Counted from the first letter of the whole stretch, positions 33,950-48,540 are shown. The stretch is 61,965 nt of DNA, filler included, from Dugesia japonica (GCA_001938525.1; 6 parts of 6 records of this genome joined end to end with filler, not necessarily neighbours in it), one strand, 5' to 3'. Notes: generated from the sequence alone by a model not told the origin. Numbers and translations: made by a program.

Positions 33950-34579
33950 TTCATTGAAGTGACTAACATATCCCTGACTGTTCTAATTGCTCGCTCTGCT
34001 AGGCTGTTGGCTTAATGTTGGTAAGGTGATGTAAATTCCTGTGTAATTCCATATCTTACACACAACTCGTTCATTTTGCTACTTTTTAAAACTCTAACAC
34101 GACCAGATAAGATTGATTTTGGTTTTCCAAATCGGTAAATCCATTGTTTCTTTATTGCATCTGATATTGCTTTTTCATCTTTTTTACTAAAAGGTATCAA
34201 TCGAACTAGTTTGCTAAATCTATCGATAATAACAACCAAGTACTTTTGATTAGACTTATACTCAGAAAAGTAGGCCACATCTATTACAATTTGTTCTAGT
34301 GGTTCAAATTCCTCTCTAGGTAACAATAGTTCTTTTGTTCGACCAGTGTAGACCTTTCGTTTAGCACATATTTCACATTTTTGAAATTCCTGTTCTATTT
34401 TTCTACTCATATCAGGCCAGAAATATATCTCTTGAATATATTACACTAACTTCTTGCTTCCCAAATGACATAATTCTTCGTGCAAGTATTTAACTAATTT
34501 TGGTGAGTGATTTTCTGGTATAACGATTAGTTTCTTCTCCAAGTATTTATTTAAGAATATATATTTTGTATTATTCAAA
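33950..34579 (-). mobile_element. Gypsy integrase fragment abutting the penton
   Basis: HEELCHLG...CEIC; IVIDV; IIDRFSK; WIYRFGKPKSILS; SPYQH*ANSLAERAIRT. Confidence 0.88.
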
Positions 34580-34646
34580 NNNNNNNNNNNNNNNNNNNNN
34601 NNNNNNNNNNNNNNNNNNNNNNNNNNNNNNNNNNNNNNNNNNNNNA

Positions 34647-34873
34647 AATATAATATAACTTTCCATTGTAATTCTATTATGGTTTCCCGGGTTATTAATT
34701 CTACATGAGACCTGGCATCGTCATGCAAAAGAATTATCATGTTTTGCATTGTCACATAATATGGCCGTTTGTCAACCAACTGCTCATTAAACTATCTCGA
34801 TTGTCGAGTATTAAATTCTCGGTGATAATGTGATATGGTTTTAATAGTTCATAATACAGAACACTTTGTGTGT
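34647..34873 (-). mobile_element. Mariner transposase fragment (between gaps)
   Basis: IILLHDDARSH (HDNARPH-like)...LQWKVI. Confidence 0.75.
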
Positions 34874-34974
34874 ANNNNNNNNNNNNNNNNNNNNNNNNNN
34901 NNNNNNNNNNNNNNNNNNTTAATTAATTAANNNNNNNNNNNNNNNNNNNNNNNNNNNNNNNNNNNNNNNNNNNN

Positions 34975-35253
34975 CATTGTTTTGAATAAACTTGGAAACC
35001 AATTATTTTCTAAAGTTATTTTATCTTTATCTGAAACAGTTATCTCTATTATATAATACATCATTGAATTAGAAATGTCTAATAGATTTGATGATTGTAA
35101 AGATTGAAAAACAATATCTCCAGAAGACATTAAATGACTAATTGAACCAGATGATGGTGAAATTCTCAAAACATCATTTTTCAAAAATAAATGTTGGAAA
35201 CTAATATTATTATCAAGATTAAGATTTGTTTCTATTATATAGTGTAACTCCAT
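34975..35253 (-). CDS. Major capsid protein (hexon), N-terminal part; remainder lost at the linker
   Basis: RISP...GDIVFQ...LLDISNSMMYYIIEI...LENNWFPSLF pattern, and position upstream of the penton. Confidence 0.75.
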
Positions 35254-38200
35254 TTTCTAATAATAAAAATATTTATTTAAATTTTACTTGTAACTGAATT
35301 TTATTAGTTATCATATTTTTATTTNNNNNNNNNNNNNNNNNNNNNNNNNNNNNNNNNNNNNNNNNNNNNNNNNNNNNNNNNNNNNNNNNNNNNNNNNNNN
35401 NNNNNNNNNNNNNNNNNNNNNNNNNNNNNNNNNNNNNNNNNNNNNNNNNNNNNNNNNNNNNNNNNNNNNNNNNNNNNNNNNNNNNNNNNNNNNNNNNNNN
35501 NNNNNNNNNNNNNNNNNNNNNACATTATTTTATCCCATGACAGGTTGTAAGGTAAATGAAGGGTAGAACCTTGTCGGGAAACCGTCATTTACACATTACT
35601 TACAATGCCATTTACTTTAATAATAAATAATTATTGCAATATTTTTTTCATTTAAATTGATTTGAGTTTTTTACTTTTAATTATATTTCACTGTGAAATT
35701 ATTACTAGTAATTTATTGCATAATCTAGCACATGACGTCATCTGCAGTGTGCCGCGGTAAATTTTTGGCTCTACTGATGATGTATTTCACAAGGAATACA
35801 AGAGCTTGTGAGTTTATAGGCTCCATATAGGAGTTACTATAGGGTAATAAGGAAGGTAGATGTATGTCTTGTAGTGCTCCATAAATACTTGTATATACCA
35901 ATGCATGATGAGACGGTATGATGAACTGGTAGGATGGAATGTTGTCGCTTTACCTTATGTAGTCAGAACTGTAATAAACCTTTCTACCATTATTAAGTAG
36001 ATTTTATTTCTTTGGGATAATTAATTACTATAACTATAAACATAACTAAATTAACTTATTGATTAATCACTATGACTACAGTATTGCAGATGTTATTACA
36101 ATGGTAGCCATAGAGGCAAAAGAAAAGTAAATCGAGTATCATAGATAGAAGGACTCGAACCAAAGGAATAAGAGCATGCACTNGAACTACGGGTTAAAAG
36201 TCACCGGCTCTATTCCAAAAACCTAAATTTGGGACTCTAGATCAAATTCTTTGCGGGGTTTCCTAGGCCATGTTACCCTAGATATTAATTAAAATTGAGC
36301 TGTTTAGACAAAACCCTAACACTGATATTATAATAAAGTATGGAAATTATATTTACTATAATAATTCGTAATTTTTATTTATTGACATTTATGTTAATTA
36401 ATTGGTCCAGGCACTCAACTTAGTTTAAAACAGTTTAGATTTTCCAAAACCGAAATTAAGTGAAGGATTAATAGCCAGCTAAACAAAAAATATAGGTACT
36501 TATCGAGCGGTGTGTGTAGTTTGAAAAATCCAAACTTCACATCAATCATTTAGCAGTCTGAACACCTAATGAATCACAAATTAGATGAGGCTATCAATAA
36601 GAAATTTACAAGTACCTGACTGGTTAGCTGAACTGGTAAAGTCATTTGAAAGTAGCAATACAAAATAGTGTGTGTAATAGCTGAGCTCCAAGTTGATTTG
36701 CTATGGAGAGATAGGCAAATCACTTGTCAGCGGACAATATATAAATAAACGCGAACGCAATTTCATACAAGACACCCAAAATAAAAAATTTATTTTTACA
36801 CAAAAGTTCTTACGGATAATTTTTAAAACATTTTTAAAGTTATTTTGTTATTAAACGTACGGAAAGCAGCTAAACTGAAGAAGTAATTTTACGATTTTGT
36901 TTGATGAATTAATTATTTATCATCTGAGTGACATCCGTATTCTCGAAGTTAATGATCAGACTCATAACAAACCAAGGAGAACTAAATTAATCTTTTGAAG
37001 CGAATTCAACTGATGATTTAAAACTAATTTAATTGGCGATGTAAAGTAAACTCAACCACTGATTTAAAGAGAATTAACTTAATGACTGATAAAGAATTTA
37101 AGTGAAAATAATGAAATTTTAATTAAAACATTTTATATCAGAATTATTGTTGTAACTCTTTATAGAACATTAAAACTTTTTGTTTAATTCGATGATTCTT
37201 AATTAAATTTCATATTGTTTAAACTATCTGTTACTTTTTAAAATTATCGGTAACTTTTCAAATTCCCTTTAAAAATTAAAGATTGATCTAAACTTAGAAT
37301 AGATACTTAATCAAATTAATAAGTTTCAGTGTTGTAATTTTCAGAAGCGAAGGTGTGAGGCAATTGAAAGTTTAACGCTTGTTTCAGCTCCTCATTACTG
37401 GTTTTATAGACTAGAACATAACTTAATACGAGAACTCATTATTGTTGAATTCCAAAACGAAACTCTTCTAATTTAAATAATAAAGCTGATTTAAATGCAT
37501 TTAAATTTTTTTAGAATCATTTTGATTTTAAATATAAAATTATTTGAAGTTTTATTAGATTTTTATTATTTGTAATTAGTTTGTGTTTATAATTTAATGT
37601 CAAATTTCTTATTATTCTAAAACATTCGTAATTACTTTAAATAAATATATTAATTATATAATTCAAAGTTAAATTAACTCGGTTCTTTGATTTTAATGAT
37701 TCACTTCAAAGTGTATTGAATTTTTTTTTGATAAATTCGTAAATGCCAAGGCTTTTAAAATAAACAAAACATTTCACAATTTGAAANNNNNNNNNNNNNN
37801 NNNNNNNNNNNNNNNNNNNNNNNNNNNNTTTTTTCAAAGTTTGAACTTGTAACAAACATAAGTTGTGTACTCAAAGTAAACTCCCATTTCCAAGAATTTT
37901 TTTTAGAAAATTTGTTTTAGATTCGTCATTTTATTAACATTTATTGCACAATTCTTGTGCATTTTGCTTTTTCCGAATTTCTGTCTCATCCATTTCTGAT
38001 ATTTTCTATTGTCAAAAAATACATGGTTAATTTCAGAGAAATTTCCATTTAACGGAATTTGTTTTTATGAATCAAAAATTTCAACTTTCAATATGCTATC
38101 AGTTTTAATTTCCAAGTTAATATTTTTTTCTTTATCCACAATGCTTCGAGAATTTTTATTTAATTTTCTCATTATTAATTCTAAATAATTTAATTGTTTT

Positions 38201-38748
38201 TATTTGTGTCTCAGAAAAATTTTTTTACACCATATTAATATAATGAAAATTAAACTTTTAAATGTTTTTAAGTAAAAATAAACGTAAAAAGTTAGTATTG
38301 TTAGGTTTTCATGAATGCGGATTCCTTTTGTCCTCGATTGTTGACTACGAATAGTGGAACTTCATGCAAACGACAAGCATTTACGATTGCNNNNNNNNNN
38401 NNNNNNNNNNNNNNNNNNNNNNNNNNNNNNNNNNNNNNNNNNNNNNNNNNNNNNNNNNNNNNNNNNNNNNNNNNAGATCTTCTCGGTTAAGTCTCTCAAA
38501 AGGTTTACGTAATTCAATTAAGATATGCTTTTACTAATCTTGACCTTTTATCTGATCCAAATTATGTAATTGTTAGCGATTTCAGATTTCTCTTCTTTTA
38601 AGTTATTCACATTAGCAATAATAAAATACTGAAATAAATACAATAAGTAAAGTTTATTATTATAAGAATTTTTACAAAAAATTTTCTAATTAATTCCTTA
38701 AAAAAAATATTACAATAATTCAATAATTACAAATGAACTAATAATTAG

Positions 38749-40230
38749 CAGTGGCGCGTTTACGCAAACGTGCATTAGGCGTGTGCCTAGGGACCCCATA
38801 TCTTATAATGTCACCAATCTAACGAATAAAATGTTTTAGATTAAAAAAAACATTTGCGAATTTTGACTTTAATAACTTACTGTAAATATAAGTTATTTTA
38901 TAATTTCACAGTTTAGCATTCCCATAAACGTGTATTATTGTAATTATTTAATAATTGGCTTTGTTAAATTGGGCTGATAATATTCGATTGTATGCAAAAC
39001 AACATCAAACTTGTTAACAAGTAGCCGCAACGCCAACTACGGCCGTATGCTGCAGCTTACGTCAGTAATATAATGTAAAAATAATCAATATAATTGAAAT
39101 TCATACAATAATAAATATTAATTAAAATCTACCGCAATGAAACGTTGCTACGATTCTAGAAATGCAAAACGAAAGAAGCGTAAGCAAGTGATAAATGAGT
39201 TAAGCAAACAAAAGAAACTCACTTGATGCATTTGNNNNNNNNNNNNNNNNNNNNNNNNNNNNNNNNNNNNNNNNNNNNNNNNNNNNNNNNNNNNNNNNNN
39301 NNNNNNNNNNNNNNNNNNNNNNNNNNNNNNNNNNNNNNNNNNNNNNNNNNNNNNNNNNNNNNNNNNNNNNNNNNNNNNNNNNNNNNNNNNNNNNNNNNNN
39401 NNNNNNNNNNNNNNNNNNNNNNNNNNNNNNNNNNNNNNNNNNNNNNNNNNNNNNNNNNNNNNNNNNNNNNNNNNNNNNNNNNNNNNNNNNNNNNNNNNGA
39501 AGAGTCATTTTATCTTTCAGAAAATCACGTAAATCACAATAATGTATTCCCCAAAACTGAAATAATATATCCTAAAGATGTTGGTCAGTGGCTTGATAAT
39601 ATAACTGAAAAGTTGAGGAAACAATTTTTGACTCAGAAACTAAAAGATATGGATATTGAAATGAGCTAAAGCATGCATGATATTCAGGTAGAAGATCGTG
39701 ATAGAAGANNNNNNNNNNNNNNNNNNNNNNNNNNNNNNNNNNNNNNNNNNNNNNNNNNNNNNNNNNNNNNNNNNNNNNNNNNNNNNNNNNNNNNNNNNNN
39801 NNNNNNNNNNNNNNNNNNNNTTTTTAAGTTGTTTTCTATTAAGAAAATACAACTAACGAATGGTTATTTCGATTGGATAAACTTAATAACAGTACTAATT
39901 GAATATGAAAATTCAAATGACAACCGGTGCTCAACGATAACGTATTCAAAGCACTTGGTTCAAGAAGAGCGCATTACAGAAATAGTAAAACAATTTAAAA
40001 CAATTGCGTATCTACCTTACGATAATAATTAGCAATGCTTCATGAGAACGATCTTTTTCTGTACTTAAAAGAGTGAAAAACTATATCAGAATTTCTATTG
40101 ATCAAGTTCGTAGAGGAAATTTAGTATTGCTGTGCATCAAATTTGCTTAAACAAAGAAAGCAAACTTTGACTAACAAATTGATGAATTTTCTGTACTTAA
40201 ATGCAGAATTAAACCACAATAGTGGAATGA
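38749..40230 (+). mobile_element. Degenerate hAT (ZMYM1-like) element
   Basis: Left end CAGTGGCGCGTTTACG; N-terminus MKRCYDSRNAKRKKRK at 39138; ERSFSVLKRVKNYIR near 40045. Confidence 0.75.
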
Positions 40231-43200
40231 CTTAGTAGTGAATACACTTTGTTGGAATTTTTAATTCGCATATTTTGCACTTTAAACTCCATAATCTATA
40301 TTCTCTTCTATTTCTGTAACGTTATTTGTGACTATTTAACTAGTTTGGGAAGAAAGTAACAGCGATTCAATTTCAATATTTTGAAATGAAACTTTATATA
40401 ATAATATTATAAATATACCGCATTACAATTATTTAACCAAACTTCACTTGTTAAACATCAATTTAAGCGTTATGACAATTAATAAAACTAACGTAACCTG
40501 AATCCCGACCCAGAGCAAGCACAACGTTTGAATTGCTGATTCTTCAGTTGAAATTAAAGATTCGAGGGGTCCACGATAACTGTTCATCCTCGAGTCGGAA
40601 ATCTTTGCGTTTTATCAACAACAAGAAATTACCGTTGAATTCGCCTTTGAATCAAGTCTTCGCTTCAAATTTGGATAAATTAGTTGGAATCTGTTACACT
40701 TGGTAAATTAACATTATCTTTCTTTGTCCTGTTACAGCTTCTATTACTTATTTTCTTCTTTGGTTTGCTTATTTNNNNNNNNNNNNNNNNNNNNNNNNNN
40801 NNNNNNNNNNGGTTGTTTCGTTGGTTTTAGCTACCAATCTTGGTTTTCCTTTTAATTATCTCTTCTTTTCACTGAATTATGTTCTTCTTAGGTCCAAGTG
40901 CTTTGCTTTCTTTTCTGACGACCATTTCTTTGACTTTCGAGTATACTTATTGCCATTTTTATTTTCGATACCAGGTGTTTCACCCCAACAGTCTTATGCA
41001 TTTTACAACGGCGTGTTTGAAGAAACCACTAATCTCATTATATTGTTTTCAGTGCAGTTTGTCGATGATCGATTGTTTGAAGTATTCGTTTAATTTTCCC
41101 CTTGAGACTAACAGCATTCTTATAAACTTACATTATTGGTTAATTGTATTTTTAGAATTTCAAGTTGGTATTCTAAAATTAATTTTCTATTTCATTAAAT
41201 TAAAAGCTTTGATCAAAATTTATTTTTTTAGTTCTTGATAGTATTTTTCTATTACAGTAATTTTCTATTAATGATAATTTATATTATTTGAAATTATATT
41301 ATTTATTTTACTTTTCCTTTTTACTTTTTCTTTTTCTTATGATTTTTTTTAATTGTTGATGTTCATTTTATGAAATGTGCCACATTGAATTTGACTTCAT
41401 ACTTTTAATAATTATTTTTACTATTTTTCTTCATTACTTGTTTTAATTTTCTTCTTCAGATAATAATCTTTTGAATAAATGGTAAATTTTGCATAATTTT
41501 AATAAGTTTGCCTTTAATTTTAGTAAAATGCCCCATAATTATTTTAAATTTAAAAATAAACGTTATATAAGAATATAAATATTGGTCAATTGAAAAAAAA
41601 GAATTAACTTAAGAAATAATGATCTTATTCAAAAAATTACTGCTTTTGCTTGTAAGACTAATTTTAATAACGAAGAACCTTTTATTTAAGACTAATAAAA
41701 TACAAAAAACTAAAATGTATTGAACTAAAAATATGCCCACGCGTTTAAAAAATGAAAAATTCATACATTTTTCAAATTTTATTAGTAAAAAGTTTTGAAT
41801 TATTTTTCTTTCTTTTTCCATATTAATAAAAAATTTTGTTTTCTTGTAATAATAGGTACAGTCAAAACTGTGTATAATGACAACCAGAATCTACAAACAA
41901 ATTAGTGTTCATTATATGACTTTTAGCTAACAAGCTATTTTGATTGGTCAGCTATCTTAACTATGAAAAACACACCATAAAATATACATGTATATATGAA
42001 TACAAGTAAATACGAAAGAAAAACACAAGATTGTGAGTCAAACCAGTATGTATAATATGTAATTAGTTTTACTCACTTCCGAAAAATCTGTTATTTTATC
42101 TTTGTATTTTTTACTTTCATTTAGAATAATATTTTCAATATAACGCAAATTTGTCCTAGTTTTTAATTTTGAATTATTCCTTATATGGAGTTAAACTAAT
42201 TATAAAGTTAAAACAAATTATTTATTGTTTTATGAAATTATTAAAAATTGTGTTAATTGTTCATAATGCACGATTATAATGAACATAGAGAAGTTTTCCA
42301 TAGGATTTTGGAGTTCTTGATCCAGATTTTGAGGTCATTATCCAAGAGGTTAGGGTCTGGACAGAATCCAGCCCAAAAACCGTATTTATAACTCATTTTA
42401 TTACTTTAGTAAACGTATTAAATAAGGCTTTTAAGAGCACATATATTTAAAGAACTGTTAAGTAAAATTTACTGTAATTTCTTATTGATGTTACAGATTT
42501 GGCCAATCCATAAAGTTGGATGATAGAAAAGTTATTTAGTCCGTGGATTCAAATGGTTTGGAAGAAAAGATCGGGCTCATTTTTCAAGCGTTTATCGTTA
42601 GTTATATTTGACTCAACTAAACCTCACTTAACACAAAAGGTCAAAAAACAAATAAATATTCAACTATCATCCAACTTCCTAAAGATATCTTGATTTATTT
42701 CATTTACTAACAAAACGATCTAAAGGTTGAAGCAGTTTTGCTAATCTTTCCAAAAAATTAGCAATTGTCTAATGATTATGATACTTATTCGATAGACGAG
42801 AATATCCAAAAAGATTCTTATATTAAGGATTGTCATTGGTCCAGGCCAGTGGTTGGCAAATGGTGTCACGACAAATATTTTAAAAATTAAAAATCACAAC
42901 ATCAAGCCAATACATTGCATTGATTTCAATCTTATATAAAGAATAATACGATTTCATTTTTATGCTTTCTGTCATTTCGTAGGTCTTTCTAAGTTTTTCA
43001 AAAATAATTTAAATGAATGTTTTTGGTACCGCCATATATTGCGAAAAAATAAAAAGGTGTCCCGAAAGAAATGTACTTATGTGTGTCGCAGTTTGAAAAA
43101 GTTTATCCACCATTAATATAAATGAAACGAAAACATCTAGAAATAATANGAAACTATAAAAAATCTGTTATATTTTGAAATTGCCATAAGTTTGTATGAC

Positions 43201-43337
43201 CTCAATTAAACAAAACAATTTAAACTCAGAAAAACTATTAATACAAATTTCATTTCAGAAATCAATATTTTTAAAATTTCCATTTCAAAAATTTTATTAT
43301 CTAAAAATTAACTTTTCCATTGATCTGTAAATTAAAC

Positions 43338-43471
43338 AAATATTTTGAAAAACAAATTTAATAAGAAAAATAGATTTTCAATTGCAAAGATCTAAAAATA
43401 GAAAAACATCGTTTTTGATGTTTGCAATTGAAAATAAATTTTTCTTATTAAATTTGTTTTTCAAAATATTT
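43338..43471. repeat. Near-perfect palindrome, ~60-bp arms with a ~12-nt loop
   Basis: AAATATTTTGAAAAACAAATTTAATAAGAAAAAT..ATTTTCAATTGCAAA and its reverse complement. Confidence 0.9.
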
Positions 43472-46229
43472 ATTGATACCAATTTAATAACTTTTGTTGT
43501 ATTTTAGGAATGATTTTAAAATTTTCTGAAATATTTTTGGTATTATTAATATTTTACTATAATCGGGGAAATAACTAAGTTAAAGAAAATCAATTAATCA
43601 TCCATTAAGAAATGAATTTTCTCATATTAAATATAAGGAAAAAAGTATCTTGAATTGGTGTAGTCATTTCCATATTCACTAAGACTGGCTATTAAATNNN
43701 NNNNNNNNNNNNNNNNNNNNNNNNNNNNNNNNNNNNNNNNNNNNNNNNNNNNNNNNNNNNNNNNNNNNNNNNNNNNNNNNNNNNNNNNNNNNNNNNNNNT
43801 TTCTAGAATTTATTCAGTGGAAACCAAATCAAATCGATTAACTGACAGCTGGATTCCGTAGATCTTTTGTTTGAATATAGCACAAATCAAAAATGTTTGC
43901 CTCGTTTATTTTTGATATATTGTATATGATTCTTTAATTTCAGTCTGGAATCATTAATTGAAACTAATATTCTTGTTAGGTAAATCTTCAATTGTTAATT
44001 CATTTTGCNNNNNNNNNNNNNNNNNNNNNNNNNNNNNNNNNNNNNNNNNNNNNNNNNNNNNNNNNNNNNNNNNNNNNNNNNNNNNNNNNNNNNNNNNNNN
44101 NNNNNNNNNNNNNNNNNNNNNNNNNNNNNNNNNNNAATTATTAAATAATAATTATTTCCTCATAATTCTAATCATTAATTTTCTAATGATTATTTGCATA
44201 AATAATTCAAAATGAACATCAATTTTTTTACAGTTGTGTAGACTATATTATTTAAGAAATTATTTCTTGTTCATGACAAATTCATATGATTTCTGATTTA
44301 TTATTTTATTTTTTAATAAAATATTTATTAATTGTTCATTTTCTTAGAAAAATTTTTTTTATTGATTAAACAGTTAATTATTTAAAATATTTTAATTTAT
44401 AAAAATCTATAAAAACAAAGTTTTCATTGTTAAAATTTCAATTTTATTATTATCAGGTCTCATAAGATTTTATAATATTGTTAATTAAATTTATAATGAA
44501 ATAATATTTATCNNNNNNNNNNNNNNNNNNNNNNNNNNNNNNNNNNNNNNNNNNNNNNNNNNNNGTGAAAGATCAAATACTTGTTCAATAATGTTTAAAC
44601 ATTTAAAACAAAAATAAATTATTTGTAAAATAGTTATAAAACAATGATAAATGCGGCTTTTGCAATTTTATTATAGTAAATATACTTATAAAATAATTAT
44701 AAAATGTTACCATTTTGTTCGTTTTTGATAAATTAATTAGATTTTTATTTTGTTATTTACTTTTTTTAATAAAATTGATATTGTTCAATGAGTAACCCAT
44801 AAAAGTACTTGCTTTTCAATTTATTTCATCAGGTNNNNNNNNNNNNNNNNNNNNNNNNNNNNNNNNNNNNNNNNNNNNTTAATTAATTAANNNNNNNNNN
44901 NNNNNNNNNNNNNNNNNNNNNNNNNNNNNNNNNNAAAATAATTCCAATTAAAAATTGCATAATAAATTTAATTGATGGATTAAATTACCGATGATGCAAT
45001 TACATCACGGATTAAGATATCAAATTTCAGATAATCGCACTAATTACATCACTAATCGGCGGGGGGGTTCGCTGAATGTGTGCTGGCTACGACTGCCACT
45101 ATCTATCTACTTACAATCGTTAACAATTGTAATCAATTTGGGACTTGCGATTAATTTGTATAAATTGGTAAAGATAACAAAATTTTGGTTTGAAACAGAA
45201 TGGTTTCCAGCATTACGTCTTACAAAATATGATCTTATATGTGTTAATGTATTTTCATCAGGAAACGTTCTTATACTTGATCTCAAAAATTTACATTATC
45301 ATGGATATGTTGACAAAATAAGTACAGAATTAATTAATTTAATTGATAAAATGCAATACTAATGCAATCTTGTGTCAACAAGCAATGTAAATAGTTGATT
45401 TGTGTAAATATGAACTTTTTAAAATAATTATTTTGTATAAAAATATTTTTTATTTTGTTTTTTATTTAGTTTTTATTAAGAAATAACAAAATAACAAAAA
45501 ACATGTAATAACCTTTTATTAATAACACATTTTAATCAACGTTTTGNACACATTTTATTCTCTAGATTGGTCCAGTATTAATGTCATATTTTCTATATCC
45601 TTAGATTTCAATTTTTATCATCCATTTATACAAATTTTGATATCCAACATCATATGTATTTTAAGGAAAATCCTTTGAATTAATAAAAAACTCATCTTTT
45701 ATTACAAATGATGAGTCAAATCTTTGTAAGATTTGATTTAATATCATCATATCATTGGAACTTATTTCTGATACAAGCATACTGTATGTGCATCTTTTCA
45801 TTTTAACTGGTTTCTAAAACAAAGTAATTAATAAATAATAGTAAAAATTATTACTTCAAATGAATATATTAGTGGCTTTTTGAAAAAATACATCATATTT
45901 ACTTAAAATATCTTTGGTTTGCAACAGTCAAGAGTAACTGTTAAGACATTATCTTTAGNTAAATTAATAAGCTTTCTTTGCAGTTAAGATAATGAACAAT
46001 TTCCCATTTGTTTTAAAGATAAAACCTTTGACATTTTCAAAATTAATGAAGATGAAAAGTAAATTATATTATATATATATATATACATGTTAGTGTTTAA
46101 TTTGCATGACTTTGATTGCTTCATACAAGTATTAGTCATAATTGTAGAAAACAAATGCATCAAGAACAATGAAAATTGTTGATTACTAAGCAAAAATGTG
46201 TGTTGAAATAATATTTGGTTGCACATAGT

Positions 46230-48540
46230 CTTATATGGGTTATTCTATGGTTTTAATTTAAGTTTATATGGTTATTATAGTGTTTTTATATAGTTTTGTA
46301 TGGTTATTATAGGGTTAAATATTATCTATAAAGGTTTCATATGAATCTTTTTTATATAAATGTATGAGTTTAATTTAATAGAGTTTTATATGTTGATATG
46401 TTTAAATTGGTTTTGTATGATTTAATAGGGTTTTTTAAACTAATTATATGTTTCTATATGGTTATTATTTAGTTTTCTAAGGTTATTATAGAGTCATTAT
46501 AAGTTTTTATAAAATAAATATATGGTTATTATAAGTTTTTTATAAGGTAATTATAGTGTTTTTATAGAGGTTTATATGATTGATGAGTTTGATATGTTTC
46601 TATAGGGTATTCATGTGGTTTTATTTGTTATTATATTACGTTTTATATTGTTTTTTATGGGAATTATACAAATTTTATAGAATAAATATAGGGTTTTATA
46701 TATTTTCATTATGCTTTTATAGGGTTTAATATGGTAATTATATATGTTTTATAAAGTAACCACAGGTTTTAATAGGGTAATTATATGGTTTTATATGAGA
46801 TTATTAATCAATTGTTTTAAAATTGTATAGATTTCAATAAAAAGTTACCAAATGCTATGTAATTATTTCTAAATATTTACTAAATGTCCCAGAAAAGTTA
46901 TTAGAGTTAAAAAAAATCTAATACATTCCTTAAAATCATGCAATAAACCAAATATATTCAATGAAAATAATAAATAGTATAGATTCAATAACTACATCAT
47001 ATAAACGCAAGTAATTCAAATAAATCGATAAATTAAATGTATTCAGTACATTCATATAAACATTAATACACTTAATCTGTACAATTACATAGATGTATAT
47101 TTTTTATTCTCAAACATAGAATAGATGTATACGTTTTATTTTCAAACATAGTATAGATGTCTATGTATTTATTTTAAACATAACATAGATGTATGGATAA
47201 TTTTTACAAACATAACATAGATTTTATTAGAGTTTAATACAACAAATCCAATAGAGCTTCATACACAGTAAGATAAGTGAGTATGATACATAGAAAACCA
47301 ATGGATATTATACATTCCATTTACAACATAGAATTATATAATACATATAATAAACCTAATATTGTAATATAATACATACGCTAAACCAAATAAATTCTTA
47401 TAATACATACAATTAACACAATATAGTGATATAATAAATACATAATATACTATATATATACATATTATATACACAATACACCCTATATTTACATAATGCA
47501 AGCAATATGCTAAATACTATCATATAATACATACAATACATTTAATAGTGACATATAATACACACAAATAACCCAATGAAACCATTTAAATACACAGAAT
47601 AAACCTAATACATACAGTTAAATACATACAATAAACCAAATAGAGTCATATAATACACATTATACAGCAAATATACTCAATTTTTTAAAATATTAATATT
47701 AAAGGTTCCCGGGGGAATATTAAAATTTTATACATATTAATCTACGTGTGCATCAAAAATACATGTTAAGAAATGGAAATGTAAGATAAACAAAGGACTG
47801 ATATAAATTTAACAACTGATTAGTAATGGATTTGTATAATATTATAGACGATATGACTAGTAATATAATTTCATCGGTTCAAGGTAATAACAACTAATAT
47901 TAATCTAAATAATTTTTAATAGTAGATGATTTTTAAGGAAATGATGTAGAAATAATTGAAATAGATGCATCAACAGAGGAAGATATCAACGATACTCAAC
48001 CAAATGATGATATTATTACCTAGAAAATGATTGATCCATAACCAAATGATGTCATTATTGATGAGGAAATCATTGATATGCCTCCAAATGATGATATTTC
48101 TGATGAAGTAATGTCTAGGCCAAGTACAAAAAAGGATATGATTGGTAGGGAAATGGTTGATTAACAGTCCAATGTGGTAAAAAATAATAAAGAAATGACT
48201 GATATTGATTGAATTTTCTAGTGTCTAATAAAGAACATGTATTTAAATAAAGTTTTCACATAATTGTCTTTTGTGTGTTATCTTACATAGATATTTTAAC
48301 AGTATTAATTAGATGTCGTTAAAATATTTCAAAAATTACATAGATGTCATTACACCTTTCTTTATAAAAATTACATAGAAGTCACTAAAAAGTTTCAAAT
48401 TCCTATGTAAACCAATGGGAAAAAATTTTGAAAAATGCATAGAAGTCGACAAAGATTTTAAAAATTACATAGAAGTTTGTGAAATTTTATAAAAATTACT
48501 TAGAAGTCTATGAAAATATAACAAAGTATTTCTATGTGTG
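46230..48540. repeat. Arrays of short degenerate repeats (~21-22 bp and ~30 bp ACATAGA(T/A)GT units), subterminal-repeat-like
   Basis: GT-rich TTATATGGTT array 46230-46800, AC-rich array 47300-47680, CATAGATGT/CATAGAAGT arrays 47085-47220 and 48285-48510. Confidence 0.6.

Larger units (their letters stand above)
26230..35253 (-). mobile_element. Polinton/Maverick (adintovirus-like) endogenous element, partial
   Basis: Co-oriented hexon, penton, adenain, two orphans and pPolB, mostly tightly packed. Packaging ATPase and Polinton-type integrase not seen. Left boundary approximate. Confidence 0.92.

Noticed and set aside
36141-36220. tRNA-like segment on the minus strand (TAGAGC..GACTTTTAA...GGTTCGAGTCC)
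   Set aside because: A B-box is present but no acceptor stem or cloverleaf could be built; at most a decayed tRNA or SINE head.
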